Positions 1-13,019 are shown, counted from the stretch's first letter. The stretch is 64,000 bases of DNA from Octopus vulgaris (GCA_951406725.2 OX597819.1:89280001-89344000); one strand, 5' to 3'. Numbers and translations are program-made. Notes: generated by a model from the letters alone, not told the origin.

Positions 1-68
1 TCATCATCATCATCATCATTATTATTATTATCGTTATTATTATTATCATTATCATTATTATTATCGTT

Positions 69-121
<53 letters not shown>

Positions 122-129
122 CATTATCA

Positions 130-160
<31 letters not shown>

Positions 161-229
161 CATTATTATTATTATTATTATTATTATTGTTATTATTATT
201 GTTACTATTATTATCATTATTATTATCAC

Positions 230-271
<42 letters not shown>

Positions 272-272
272 G
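1..272. repeat. (ATT/ATC)n microsatellite
   Basis: Near-continuous trinucleotide repeat. Confidence 0.95.
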
Positions 273-423
273 ATTGATATTATTGAGATCGATAAAATAA
301 GTACCAGAAGGGTATCCAGCAGTAGAAAATCCACTCTCAACAAATTCCATTCAAGCCATGCAAGTATGGATAAGTGGACATCAAAATAATGATGATGATG
401 TGATATTTATAAATATATATATA

Positions 424-1140
424 CTAGCGTGACCCATGAATATTTCATGGAATTAATAGTAAACCTATTGGGTTATTCCTGAAAATTTTATCCCCAAAAC
501 CTGAAACTATAGCCTTTGTTGTGTCTGTATCAAAAGATAGCTACTCATCTGCTGTTCATTGAAAAGTGAAGGAAACTGGAATAAGATGATTACTTAATGC
601 ACTTTATATATACACGTTGTATACTTTATGCACAATTCTATAGACTTAATACAAAGCACTCATAAAATAAATATTCACTCTTATTTTTCCATTTTTCTCA
701 TAAACCAAAAAAATTACATTTTAAAATTTACATGGTCACAATTTCATATCTAGAAAATATAAGTTTTATAGTAAAAAAAATTACTTTATATGTGAAATAT
801 AGGAGTTACAATTTCATGGGTGTAAAAATTTAATGCAACATGACATACTCTGGAAACCACATCGTTGGTGACTTATAAGCCAAGGTGATGGGCCAGAGCC
901 AATACAAATTTCAATTTGCATACACCTTTCAATCCAATACTTCTTTGCAGATTAATGTTCTTCATTTAAGTTCTCCCTCTTCTTCTCCTTTGTTTGTCAA
1001 TGTTGATAATTTTAACTCTCACATCAGATAATTTACGAGCCCTTGAGAATGCATGGCTGAATACAGGCCGAATACCGGTTCCAGCAAGAACAGCTCCACT
1101 TTATCAAATGTCTGCCTTTGTGATTTATTGAAGGTAGTGA
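424..1140 (-). mobile_element. Helitron 3' fragment (PIF1-like helicase C-terminus plus terminal hairpin and CTAG)
   Basis: Minus strand reads TFNKSQRQTFDKVELFLLEPVF, then after a frameshift VFSH-AFSRARKLSDVRVKII, matching Helitron helicase motifs TINKSQGQT..VFSHGQLYVAxSR. A 7-bp hairpin CCATGAA-tat-TTCATGG (434-450) lies 6 nt from CTAG (424-427), which is followed by T on the minus strand. Confidence 0.8.
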
Positions 1141-1562
1141 TGTAGAGGAGCATTAGGAATATAATTTTAGCAGAGGGGTGATGTTCTGCTGGTGAGATTA
1201 AAGAAAGACAGAGAGAGAGAGAGAAGGCAGTGGTAGTGGTGGTGGTGGTGGCAGTGATGGTGAGTGCATAGTGAAAAGTAATTTTCACTATTGCATCTGA
1301 TGGTTAAACAAGAAACTGGTTTCTTTCTAAAGTGGATGGCAAGTTTGGGATGCACATGTGTTAAGTGATAAGTGATATAAAAAAACTTAGTTCAATTTTT
1401 TAAAAATTACTTTTCACTATGCACTCACCATCACCGCCACCACCACCACCACCACAAACACCACCACCTTCTCTCTCTGTGTCTTTCTTTAATCTCACCA
1501 TCAGAACATCACCCCTCTGCTAAAATTATATTCCTAATGCTCCTCTATATCACTACCTTCAA
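1128..1562. repeat. Long inverted repeat, ~158-bp arms, ~117-bp spacer
   Basis: 1128-1285 is the reverse complement of ~1403-1562 (ttgaaggtagtgat..aagtaatttt versus aaaattactt..atcactaccttcaa). Confidence 0.9.
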
Positions 1563-1778
1563 CTAACATTTTTAACCACATTCCCCCTACCACATGTCAT
1601 GGACACTTCTCTCTCCATCTTTTCTCTCACTCATTTCCTTTCTTTCTCTTTCTGCCTCACTCTTTGCCTTATACTCTTTTCCTCTCTCCCTCTTTTCTTT
1701 CTCCCACTTTTTCACCAATCATATGAAAGCGTTACTGATGGGCTAAGTAACATAATGACAAGCAGAATTATTATATTT

Positions 1779-1848
<70 letters not shown>

Positions 1849-1854
1849 TGTATA

Positions 1855-2162
1855 AAGGCATGTGGCTTAGTGGTTAGGGTATTCAGCTCATGATCATAAG
1901 GACATGAGTTCAATTCCTGGTGATGTGCTGTGTCCTTGAGCAAGAGAATTTATTTCATGTTGGTCAATCCATTCAGCTGGAAAAAAGGAGTAGTACCTGT
2001 ATTTCCAAGGGTCAGTCTTGTCACATTCTGTGTCATGCTGACTCTACATTAAGGGGACATGTGTCTGTGGAGTGCTCAGCCATTTGCATGTTAATTTCAC
2101 GAGCAGGCTGTTCCACAGATCAGATCAACTGGAGCACTAGTCATTACAACCTATGGAGTGCC
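1855..2162 (+). mobile_element. tRNA-derived SINE, family A (aaggcatgtggcttagtggttagg head)
   Basis: A-box TGGCTTAGTGG and B-box GAGTTCAATTCC. Related copies at about 5183-5480(-), 11768-12075(-), 13055-13370(+), 18575-18790(+), 23922-24225(+), 26955-27266(-), 27699-28225(+), 59660-59960(-), 61917-62150(+) and 63595-63750(+). Confidence 0.8.
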
Positions 2163-2477
2163 GTGTGTGTCTGCTATGAGTCAACATGAGATTAACAAAA
2201 TGAGAGCAGAGGACAGAACGAATGCATTATACATGTGAATGGAAAATTCTTTCTCCCTGAAGCTAGATGAAAACTTCTCAAAAACTCAGCCAAAAGTGTA
2301 AGGTGTGGATTTCTTGAAAAGATTAACACAAACTCGGGAGCCAATGTAAGTGGATAATAGATACACATGGCCTTCATAATAGGCATATTAATTTAGTGAA
2401 GCATGAGATATTTTTCAATGAAAATGCTGAATAAAAAAATTCAGAATTAATTAAACACACATCAGAGACATCTCCTC

Positions 2478-2531
2478 ATGTATAAGTGAGTGCATGCATT
2501 CATGCATGTGTATATGAGTATATATATACAT

Positions 2532-2566
<35 letters not shown>

Positions 2567-2770
2567 CATATATACACATATATATATATACACACACATA
2601 TGTATATATATATACATATATATGTGTGTGTGTGTGTGTGTATGTATATATATATGATCATATACACATACATGCATACACATATATGTATGTATGTGCA
2701 TATGTATGTATATATATATGTATATATGTATGTATATATGTATGCATTTAAGTATACACACACATGTATA

Positions 2771-2830
<60 letters not shown>

Positions 2831-2855
2831 TGTATATACTTATGTATAAATGTAT

Positions 2856-2890
<35 letters not shown>

Positions 2891-2899
2891 CATTTATAC

Positions 2900-2960
<61 letters not shown>

Positions 2961-3048
2961 CATGTGTGTGTATACTTAAATGCATACATATATACATATA
3001 CATATATATATACATACATATGCACATACATACATATATCTGTGTGTG

Positions 3049-3079
<31 letters not shown>

Positions 3080-3162
3080 CATATATATGTATGTATATGT
3101 ATGTATATGTATGCATGTATGTATACACCCCCACACACATATACTAATACACACACACACAA
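2478..3162. repeat. Compound (TA)n/(CA)n/(TATG)n microsatellite with internal duplication
   Basis: Dinucleotide arrays; source of the Y/I/H/T-rich spurious ORFs. Confidence 0.95.
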
Positions 3163-3169
3163 ACACATT

Positions 3170-3330
3170 GGACTTTTCCCTGTCTCCTGTTTCTGAAGAA
3201 GTGCTTTGCTCGAAATATAAAACCATCTTTCTTTCCTTCCTTGAGCATCTGCTAATGCTTTACATGTACCACATCCTTGTGTTGTGTTTTTGTGTTTGTT
3301 CTTCATCTTTATGGATTTACTATATATTTA
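3170..3330 (+). mobile_element. Penelope-like terminal repeat fragment with hammerhead-like core
   Basis: CTGAAGA-agtgc-ttt-gctc-GAAA at 3193-3215. Homologous to 61130-61270 and related to 8440-8580, 18190-18250 and 51180-51350; the last lies just downstream of a GIY-YIG remnant. Confidence 0.55.
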
Positions 3331-3334
3331 TATA

Positions 3335-3719
3335 TATATGCTGAGGGCACGTAACAAATACCATCTGAGCGTGGCCGTTCGCCAGCCTCGTCTGGCACCT
3401 GTGTCGGTGGCACATAAGAAAACACCATCCGAGCGTGGCTGTCTGCCAGCCTCGTCTGGCACCTGTGTCGGTGGCACATAAAAAACACCATCCGAGCGTG
3501 GCTGTCTGCCAGCCTCGTCTGGCACCTGTGTCGGTGGCACATAAAATCACCCACTACACTCTCGGAGTGGTTGGCGTTAGGAAGGGCATCCAGCTGTAGA
3601 AACACTGCCAGATCTGACTGGCCTGGTGCAGCCTTCGGGCTTGCCAGACCCCACTTGAACCGTCCAACCCATGCTAGCATGGAAAGCGGACGTTAAACGA
3701 TGATGATGATGATGATGAT
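3335..3719 (+). mobile_element. RTE LINE 3' tail with three tandem 63-64-bp units, ending in (GAT)n
   Basis: Units start at 3361, 3425 and 3488. The tail ccaacccatgctagcatggaaagcggacgttaaacgatgatg is shared with 9080-9375, 12620-12990(-), 14365-14490, 18350-18480, 22125-22530(-), 51350-51980 and 55150-55480, and joins RTE ORF sequence at 32170-33570. Confidence 0.75.
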
Positions 3720-3772
3720 ATATATATATATACATATATATATACACATACATATACATACATACATATACA

Positions 3773-3805
<33 letters not shown>

Positions 3806-3848
3806 GTATACATACATATATATATACATACATACATACATACATACA

Positions 3849-3884
<36 letters not shown>

Positions 3885-4466
3885 TATATATGTGCGTGTA
3901 TGTATGTGGTCATTATTTTTGAATAAGTAAGATAAATTTAATTCTTTGATTCTTTTATTTATTTTCAATATGTTACCCCAGAGAAAAAAAAGAAAACTGA
4001 GTTAAGTGTAATAAAAATAGAAGATGGTAATATTTTAATTATTTTTAACAAATTAATTACGCTCATGACTTATTAACAGAATCTAACTTAGGAAATACCT
4101 CCTAAGGCTTCTAAATTCAGAAAATAAATTCTTCATGCATACGTGTGTGTGGGTTGTGTCTGTGTGTGCGTGAGAGAGAGAGAGACAGACAGAGAGAGAG
4201 AGACAGAGACAGAGACACAGAGAGAGACAGAGTGAAAGAGAGAGAGAGAGAGAAAGAGTGTGTGTGCATGTGTGTGTGTGTGTGTGTGTGTGTGAGCACA
4301 TACATGTGTATTGTATTTGTTGGGTGGAGAGAAAATATCCATAAGACATTTACAACTATACAAGAGAGTGAGTTCACACACACACACACACATACATGTA
4401 TGTGTTAATGTGTATGTATGCATGTATGTGTATATTTCTGATGATGATGATGATGATGATGATGTA

Positions 4467-4502
<36 letters not shown>

Positions 4503-5527
4503 TATGTGAAAGTATATGCATCCATGGGTGAGAAAATGAGTGAGAGACTGTGTGCGTGTTTATGAAAAAGGTGTTTTAGAGTGTATATGCAATATCTGTG
4601 TTTGTTAATTTGCCTGCATTTTAAGGTATTTTGAATGAGTGAGTATGTGTATGAGAGAGAGGGAGAGAGAGAGAGAGTGAGAGAGAGGGAAAGAGAGTGA
4701 GAGAGGAGATGAGGAGGCATGTGGATATGCAAATGAAAGAGTATGTATGTGTAAATATAAATATCTATGTAGGAGTGTGTGAATGAATGAGTGTATGTCA
4801 GTAAATGAATGCATCATTGAAAGGGGGAAGTGAAGAAAGGAGAAAGAGAAAGGAGAACAACAAAGAGAGAGAGAGAAAGGGAGAGAAAAAAGGGATTGAG
4901 GAGAGGGAAAGGAGGCAGTTGGAAGAGGGAGAGAGAGAGAGTGTGTGTGTGTGTGTGTGTGGAACAAATGTGTCCATACAAATTGAAAAATCAGTGTGCA
5001 TGTGTCACATGACTTTTAAAAAACTGAATGTGTATTTATGAATAACAAATTAAAAGCTAGATATTTGAATATAAATAATATGAGACATTAGAAAGCACCA
5101 ATCTGAGACTGAGGAAGACCAACAAGTTCAATGCCGGAAGTGAAAGCAGACGTATAAATATATATATAAAAAAAACAAAAAACTGGTACTCTGTCGGTTA
5201 GGATGACGAGGGTTTCAGTTTATCCAATCAACAGAACAGCCTGCTTGTGAATTAAAGTGCAAGTGGTTGAGTATTCCTCAGACATGTGTACTCTCAACAT
5301 AGTTCTCAGGGAGGTTCAGTGTGACACAGAATGTGGTAGGCTGGCCCTTTGAATTACAGGTACTACTCATTTTTGCCAGATGAGTGAACTGAAGCAATGT
5401 GAAATAAAGTGTCTTGCTCAAGGACAAAATGCATCACTAGGAATTGAACTTAAGATCTTTCAATTATGAGCTTAAGCCACATTCCTTCAGACGTGTGTGT
5501 GTGTTTCTTTGTGTGTGTATATATGTT

Positions 5528-5843
5528 TTGGGTCATCCCATGAATAATGCAGTATTCTTATACTTCTTTTATTTTTCAAAATTAATATAAACAAAGTTCT
5601 TCTTTAATCTAAAATATACTTTCCTTCATTTTTTACAATGCTCTTCCATCTATCTGGTAAACTTGCAAGGCCCCGCTTTCAAAATTCACTTGTCCATGAC
5701 GAAAAATACTCCTCCAGTACTGTTCTGACCTCATTTACTGCATTAATATTCCTTGCACATTCTGTTGTGTTGTTGCCTTTATTGAACTCATAAAGCAAAA
5801 TATGCCAAATATACTCTTTTGTCACTTCCATTATAGCTTTGAA
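5528..5843 (-). mobile_element. Internally deleted mariner derivative (same family as 25358-26265)
   Basis: TIR ttgggtcatccca at 5528. The ORF MEVTKEYIWHILLYEFNKGNNTTECARNINAV is fused directly to the C-terminal NEVRTVLEEYFSSWTSEF. Confidence 0.85.
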
Positions 5844-5871
5844 TGTATGAATATATATATATGTATGTGTG

Positions 5872-5924
<53 letters not shown>

Positions 5925-6049
5925 ATGTGTGTACATGTATATGTATATATATATATATGTATGTATATATATATATGTATGTATATATGCATGTGTGTAT
6001 ATAACAGCAATAATGATAACAACAACAATAATATGAGCCTATCACCTAA

Positions 6050-7709
6050 TACAACCCTAGCCTTCAACATGTACACAAATAGCACGACTTCACACCTCTC
6101 TCCAACTAATCAACTTAGAACAGATAGTTGCAACGGCAAGCTTGTTGCAGAAGGTTCATCGTGGTATACAAATGTACCATCCACAATTTATTAAACAATT
6201 CCTCTAGCTACTGCATTGGATCTACCATTAATTTCAAGCAAAGATATACTGCACATTTAAACACATTTAAATATAAAGAGCATAGCAACTCCATGTCCTT
6301 AGCCAGCCACATACACCATCTAATTAATAGGAAAATACAATATAGGATATCCTGGGCCATAATAGATATCAGGGCCAGTGCTCTACATCTGGACTCTACC
6401 TAAAGGAGGCCCTCCAGATATTAACTCATAACTCATAACTCACCACAATTACTCAATAAAATGAAGCATTCACAACTTGTAAACACAAATTTTTCTGCAC
6501 ATTTAAATTTTTCCATAAGTCCAAGTATAAACTTATCCCTCACACAACGCTTACTTGTATATTCCCAGGGTCTTTAAAATATACCTATGTCTATCATTTT
6601 CATTATCTTCTCCATCAACATTAGTACCTTAGAAGATAACTGTTAATTCTTTACATTAACCTGCAGTTTTTAATTTAATCTCCTAAACTTTAAACCTTAA
6701 CCTCTTAGATCTTCAAATCTTAAATTATAACTTTTATTCCTAAACAATTAAAGTATTTAACTGGTTTCTCCATTCATCCTTTAATATATTCATACCCCCA
6801 TAGATAGGAATATATCTATAGCTACTGACCATAATCATCAAGGACTTCATTTATTCAATAGACACAAATATTTACTGCTTGACCTCTTACTCCAACCCTA
6901 AACTTGAGGAATTATGCTGGCATCTTATCTATTATTCTCTATTTCTTTTCCTATTGTCCTTGATCTTTTTTTTTATCCTCTATTATCTTCTTCATTTCTT
7001 CTTTTATCTGTACCCTTAATTTTACAATTTATTCTTATTTTTATTTCTGCTTTTTATATTTTTTAAAAAAATTCTGTTATATTTTTTAACTTTTTAACTC
7101 TATATTTTTATATTTTTTTACTTTGATTCTTCGAACCAATCCTTCTGACCAATCCTTACTAATATCCTGTCTCTTACCTTCATCTTCTCTCTATCCCCAC
7201 CAAGGCTACCCCATTTCTCTCTTTCTTCTCATTAACTTCTCTTTCTCTTTCTCCCTCCATTTTGCTCAATAGCCACTTTTATGGTCATTCTCTCACAAAC
7301 CAGCCATCTCAATATGAACACACCATTCCCAATTCTGCCAACATATTTCCTGGGTATTTATGCTGTGAAAACACTACTCATATTTTGCCGGAATACTGCC
7401 TGGATTTACCTTGGATTTTACCTAAGGACATACGGATTAACATCCATATCCTCTGAAAAATGAACTGTGAACTTTATTTCCTTACTCTCTACTCTTTTAT
7501 TTCATTGTTTATTATCTGTGAATTTTCCATGTCTAGATCTTTCATATGTTCTCTACTTGTCTCTGATGACAGAATACCCCATAGTCAGGCATACTCACCT
7601 ATAACTTAGGATATCCCAGAAATAGCTGTAAGACATCAACTAATAATATAAAATAATGTATATTACTTGAGATGCTCGTTATGCTTTGGCGGTTGTTGTA
7701 CTCTTTTAC

Positions 7710-7710
<1 letters not shown>
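6050..7710 (+). mobile_element. Degenerate Penelope-like element (GIY-YIG remnant, AT-rich tail, hammerhead-like core)
   Basis: ORF 6128-6403 reads IVVYKCTI..YCIGSTINFKQRYTAHLNTFK..SLASHIHHL..ISWAII, typical of a PLE GIY-YIG endonuclease. CTGATGA at 7563 is followed by gatatcccaGAAA near 7620, and the element ends in (TA)n. Confidence 0.7.
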
Positions 7711-7747
<37 letters not shown>

Positions 7748-7868
7748 CATCAAGGTTCAATTTAATACCATAAAGGAATTATTTAATTGTCACTAAGGGT
7801 GCCAAAGCACCTACATTGCTAGGAATAAGAGTTAAACAACTCTTAGTGTTGTAAGAAGAGTGTAAGAT

Positions 7869-8081
7869 ATACACATACTGACAAGGAAGGTAACCACCCT
7901 ATGACCATCTCTAGAATCACTAGATCCAGCTTTGCCTGTTCATTAGGCATTGTTAGTAGTGACTGCTCAGGCAGTTTACCATTCACTACTTATGATGCCA
8001 ACAGAATAGGTGAAACTAGATCTCGTCTGGTGATTCTAGAGATGGTCATGGAGTGGTTACCTCCCCTGTAGGTATATGTAT
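7869..8081. repeat. Diverged fold-back (~95-bp arms, ~20-nt loop)
   Basis: aggtaaccaccctatgaccatctctagaatcactaga..tagtagtga pairs with tcactact..tctggtgattctagagatggtcatggagtggttacct. Confidence 0.85.
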
Positions 8082-8737
8082 GTGCATATATATATATATA
8101 TATATTCCCCTACCTCCCAACACCATCACACCACACCACACAGCACTACACCTTACAGCACCATACCACACAACACATCACAACACACCACCATGCACAC
8201 ATCAGCACTGACCACTTCCCAGACTCACATTTTCACATCTACACATACACACACGCACACGTCAAGATCACCAGCCCTCTTCCACAAGCACATACAAACT
8301 TGCTTATACACACGTACGTGCACCTTCGTTTTGGGATCACCACTACTTTTTATCTCTTCTTCTCCCTAGCTCTCCTGTGTGACCCTTCTGTCAGGCATTC
8401 ACCATGATAGATTGCTAGCCACTACACATTCTTTATTTTCTCTCCTTGTTTCTTTCTGTGGAAGAGCATAGGCTCGAAACGTTAAAGACTTTTTCACTTC
8501 CCAAGTGTTATACTAATACATCTGTTTGTTCTGTACATTACCTGTCTTCGCCTTTTGTTTTTTTGTGAATTCTCCCTATATATATATATGCACACATACA
8601 CTTTTCCAGATGACTGTGTTATTGATTTGCCTACACAGCGCTTCAGATATTCCCTTCTTCTCAAATTAGATACCATTAATGCTCTTCCTACACAGTTTTC
8701 TCTGTATGGTCTTATCTTCACAAGTATCTCACTTACC

Positions 8738-8819
8738 ATATTTCCAAGCTGAGAAGTTGAAATTTTCAGACCAAAATTTACAGTCCAAAGAGGTTGGCTC
8801 ATTAATACATCAAAATGAC
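8738..8819 (-). other. Possible isolated exon of an unidentified host gene
   Basis: Minus strand has a pyrimidine tract ttttttgtcctctgaag, an open frame HFDVLMSQPLWTVNFGLKISTSQLGNM and a strong donor ATG|GTAAGT. No homology recognised. Confidence 0.25.
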
Positions 8820-10687
8820 TTCAGAGGACAAAAAATTCAATATCAAATGCAATACAATTTGGAAAGATAACAACATGGTTTTAAAATTTATGCTACATGT
8901 TTGCACTGTATACTATATTGACTTATAGGTCAGAAAATACAGTACTTCACCAATAATTCATCAGCCACTTAGTGCGAAGCAGGATTAGTTATTTTACTAA
9001 TATCCAAGGTAATGTCCTATTTTATGTGAGTTGGATGTTTTCAACAAGAATTAAATTTTTAGAATATTATCAAATAATAAACGTGGCCATTGCCAGCGCT
9101 GCCCCGACGGGCTTCCGTGCCGGTGGTATGTAAAAAGCACCATCCAACCGTGGCCATTTGCCAGCCTTGTCTGGCACCTGTGCCGGTGACACGTAAAAAG
9201 GACCCACTACACTCACGGAGTGGTTGGCGTTAGGAAGGGCATCCAGCCGTAGAAACGTTGCCAGATCAGACTGCGCCTGGCGCAGCCTTCTGGCTTCCCA
9301 GACCCCAGTTGAACCGTCCAACCCATGCTAGCATGGAAAGCGGATGCTAAACGATGATGATGATGATGATGATGAAAGTGGCAATCTGGAAGAAATGTTT
9401 GCATGCAGGGCAAAATGCTTAGTGGCATCTCATCTGTCTTTATTTTCTGAGTTCAAATTCTGCCAATGTAAGCATGGCCGTTCATCCTTTGAGGGTCGAT
9501 AAAATAAGTACCAGCCAAGCACTGGGTTGATGTATTCAATTTACCTCCCTCCCATAAAATTAATGACTTTGTGCCAAAATGTGAAGCCAATATCAACAAA
9601 TTATTATATCACCCAAAGTATAGCCATGGGGTTAGCAAGCTTGATTACTAGCCATGTGACTTTGGGTTCAGACTCATTGCACAGCACTGTGAGCAATTGC
9701 CTTCTACTATAGCTGAGGGATGACAAAAATACTCGTAAGTGAATTGGGTATATGGAAAATGAAAGAAGCACATCATATATCTATATATATATATATATGT
9801 GTATGTGTGTTTGTGTGCATGCGTGTGTCTACATCTTCATCTTGACATGATGGAATATTTCCAAATGAGCATCACCTTCATACAAGCATTGTCTTCTGTG
9901 AAAATCACGTCTGGCAATGAGAACATTTTACCTTGTATGGAAACAGGTGGCAGAGGGTGGGTGATCACAGGAAGAGTGTCTGGCTATTGAGAATCTGCCA
10001 AAATGAATTTTGTGTAGCCCATACAAGCATGGAAATATGAAGTTAAAATTTTGATGATGATGACGATGATGATGAAGACGGTAATGATGATGAAGAGGGT
10101 AATGATGATGATGATGATGATAATGATGATGATGATGTTGATGATGCTGATGATGATGATGATGATGAAGCATCACACTTGTTTCATAACCACTTTGCAA
10201 AATAAGAAGAGATGGAGTGTATCTGGTAATTTCAGTCTGAAATTTTGGTACGTACGAGGTCAGAAATTTGAAGGGAGGAGCTAAGCTGACTAAATCAACC
10301 CCACCGGTGCTCAATTGGTACTTATTTTATCAACCCACAAAGGATGAAAAGCAAAATCATCCTTGACAGAATTTGAACTCAGATCATAAAGACAAATGAA
10401 ATGCTACTGAGAATTTTACCTAACATACTTATGGTTCTACCATCTTGCAGCCTTAGTGTACCTACCAATATTGGTTTCAAATTTTGGCACAAGGCCAGCA
10501 ATTTTGAGGGAGGGGATAAGTTGGTTATGTTGACCCCAGTGCTCAAATGGTACTTATTTTATCATTTGGTGTGGCTTTGTGCTAAGAAGCTTGCTTCCCA
10601 ACCACATGGTTCCAGGTTCAGTTGTGCTGTGTGGCACCTTGAGCAAAGGGTCTTCAGTTAATCTCATTTATTACACATTATTTATAG

Positions 10688-11085
10688 GCGTAGGAGTGGC
10701 TGTGTGGTAAGTAGCTTGCTTACACACCACATAGTTCAAAGTTCAGTCCCACTGTGTGGCACCTTGGGCAAGTGTCTTCTACTATAGCCTCTGGTCGACC
10801 AAAGCCTTGTGAGTGGATTTGGTAGACGGAAACTGAAAGAAGCCCGTCCTATATATATATATATGTGTATGTGCATATATTTGTGTGTCTGTGTTTATCC
10901 CCCCAACATCACTTGACAACCGATGCTGGTGTGTTTGCATCCTCATAACTTAGCGGTTTAGCAAAAGAGACTGATAGAATAAGTACTAGGCGTACAAAGA
11001 ATAAGTCCTGGGGTCGATTTGCTTGACTAAAGGCAGTGCTCAAGCATGGCCACAGTCAAATGACTGAAACAAGTAAAAGAATAAC
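10688..11085 (+). mobile_element. tRNA-derived SINE, family B (ggcgtaggagtggctgtgtggtaag head, internal TA/TG tract)
   Basis: A-box TGGCTGTGTGG and B-box-like GTTCAGTCCC. Copies or fragments at about 9620, 10568, 11445-11755, 16190-16600, 17790, 25010-25260(-), 26275-26432(-), 29330-29545(-), 30830-30990(-), 31660-31875(-), 32015-32170, 35200-35410, 49830-50190 and 58555-58840. Confidence 0.8.
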
Positions 11086-12450
11086 CCTCAAAAGATGACC
11101 TTGGCAGAATTTGAACTCAGAATGTAAAGACAGACAAAATGCTGCTTAGCATTTTGCCCAGCATGGTAACAATTCTGTCAGCTTGCCACCTTGGCATATC
11201 TACTAATATTGAAAATAACAAGAAATGCAGTGAGCCAGTAGAATCATTAGCATGTCAGACAAAATGCTTAGCAGCATTTCAGCTGTCTTTACATTCTGAG
11301 TTGAAAATCCACCAAGGTCAACTTAGTCTTTCGTCCTTTCAGGGTGGATAAAATAAGTACCAGTTGAGTACTGGGGTCAATGTAATTGGCATACACCCTT
11401 ACCCTGAACTTGCTGCCTTGTGCCAAAATTTGAAACTAATAAAAGCAGGAGTGGCTGTGTGGTAGGTAGCTTGCTTACCAGCCACATGGTTCCGGGTTCA
11501 GTCCCACTGTGTGGCACCTTGGGCAAGTGTCTTGTGAGTGGATTTGGTAGACAGAAACTGAAAGAAGCCGTCGTTTATATGTATATATATATATGTATGT
11601 GTGTGTATATGTTTGTGTGTCTGTGTTTGTCTCCCCCAACATCGCTTGATAACTGATGCTGGTGTGTTTACGTCCCTGTAACCTAGCAGTTCAGCAAAAG
11701 AGACCGATAGAATAAGTACTAGGATTACAAAGAATAAGTCGTGGGGTCGATTTCCTCAGGTACTCTGGTACTCTGTCAGTTACAGTGACAAAGCTTCCAT
11801 TTGATCTGATCAGCAGAACAGCCTGTTTGAGAAATTAACGTGCAAGTGGCTGAGCACTCCACAGACACATGTACCCTTAACATAGTTCTCAGGGAGATTC
11901 AGCATGACACAGAATGTGACAACGCTGGCCCTTTGAAACACAGGTACCACAGCTGAGTGGACGGGAGCAATGTGAAATAAAGTGTCTTGTTCAAGGATAC
12001 ATGTTACCGGGGATTGAACTCACAGCCTTATGATCATGAGCCAAATGCCCTAACCACTAAGCTATGTGCCTTCACAAGTAATGTATTTATTGTACAGATA
12101 ATTCTCTGACCACTTAGCACTAAATGGATAAACTATTCTATTAATGCTGAACAAGGTGTCACATGTCAGTTCTATGTTGTTTTCAACAAGAATTAACCTG
12201 AATGAATATTAACAAATCACTTTATTTCCACAAGTATGACACTTGTTTCACAGAAAACTCATCTGTCTCGTAACGGGTTAGGCAATTCTACTAATGTCCA
12301 GCTTAGCAGAATATCGTGTCTTAGTTCAATGTTTTTGACAGGAATTAACCTTCTGATTATTAACAAATTATAAATTAATGACAAAGGTTTTAATGTAAAT
12401 GATATTTGACATTATAAGCAATTTAAAACAGAAGAGCAACAGTTATTATT

Positions 12451-12496
<46 letters not shown>

Positions 12497-13019
12497 CTAT
12501 TATGATGATAGGGATGTTGGTGGTGCTGGCGAGTCTACATATTCATTTCTGAGTGTATGTTTTAGGAATGTAATGATTAGTATGTATATGTTTTAAATGT
12601 GTGTGTGTGTGTGTGTGTATCATCATCCTCATTATTTAATGTTCTCCTTCTATGCTGGCATAGGTTGGAAGGTTTGACAGGAGCTGGCCAGGTAGAAGAC
12701 TGCACAAGACTCCTGTGTCTGTTTTGGCATGGGTTTTACAGCTGGATGCCCTTCCCAACACCAACCACTCCACAGAGTGGCTGAGTGCTTTTTACAAGGC
12801 ACTAAAATAGATGAGGTCAGTTTTGGCATGGTTTTTACAGCTGGATGCCCTTCCAAATACCAATCACTTTACAGTGTGGACTGGATGCTTTCTAAGTGAC
12901 ACCTGCACTGGCAGGGTCACCAAGTACCATGCAAGACAAGGAATCTTTGAGGAGTGAGGGGGTATTGGAGGAAGTGATCTTGTGTCAGATGATGAATGGT
13001 TATACACACACACACATAC

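Noticed and set aside
2462-3344. Overlapping Tyr/Ile/His/Thr ORFs (also at 14.6-15.8, 44.5-45.8 and 57.5 kb)
   Set aside because: Translations of simple repeats.
3361-3546. Regularly spaced repeats resembling a CRISPR array
   Set aside because: Units are contiguous with no unique spacers and lie inside a LINE tail in eukaryotic DNA.
10688-10760. tRNA-like A and B boxes at many SINE heads
   Set aside because: No complete cloverleaf; each continues into a SINE body.
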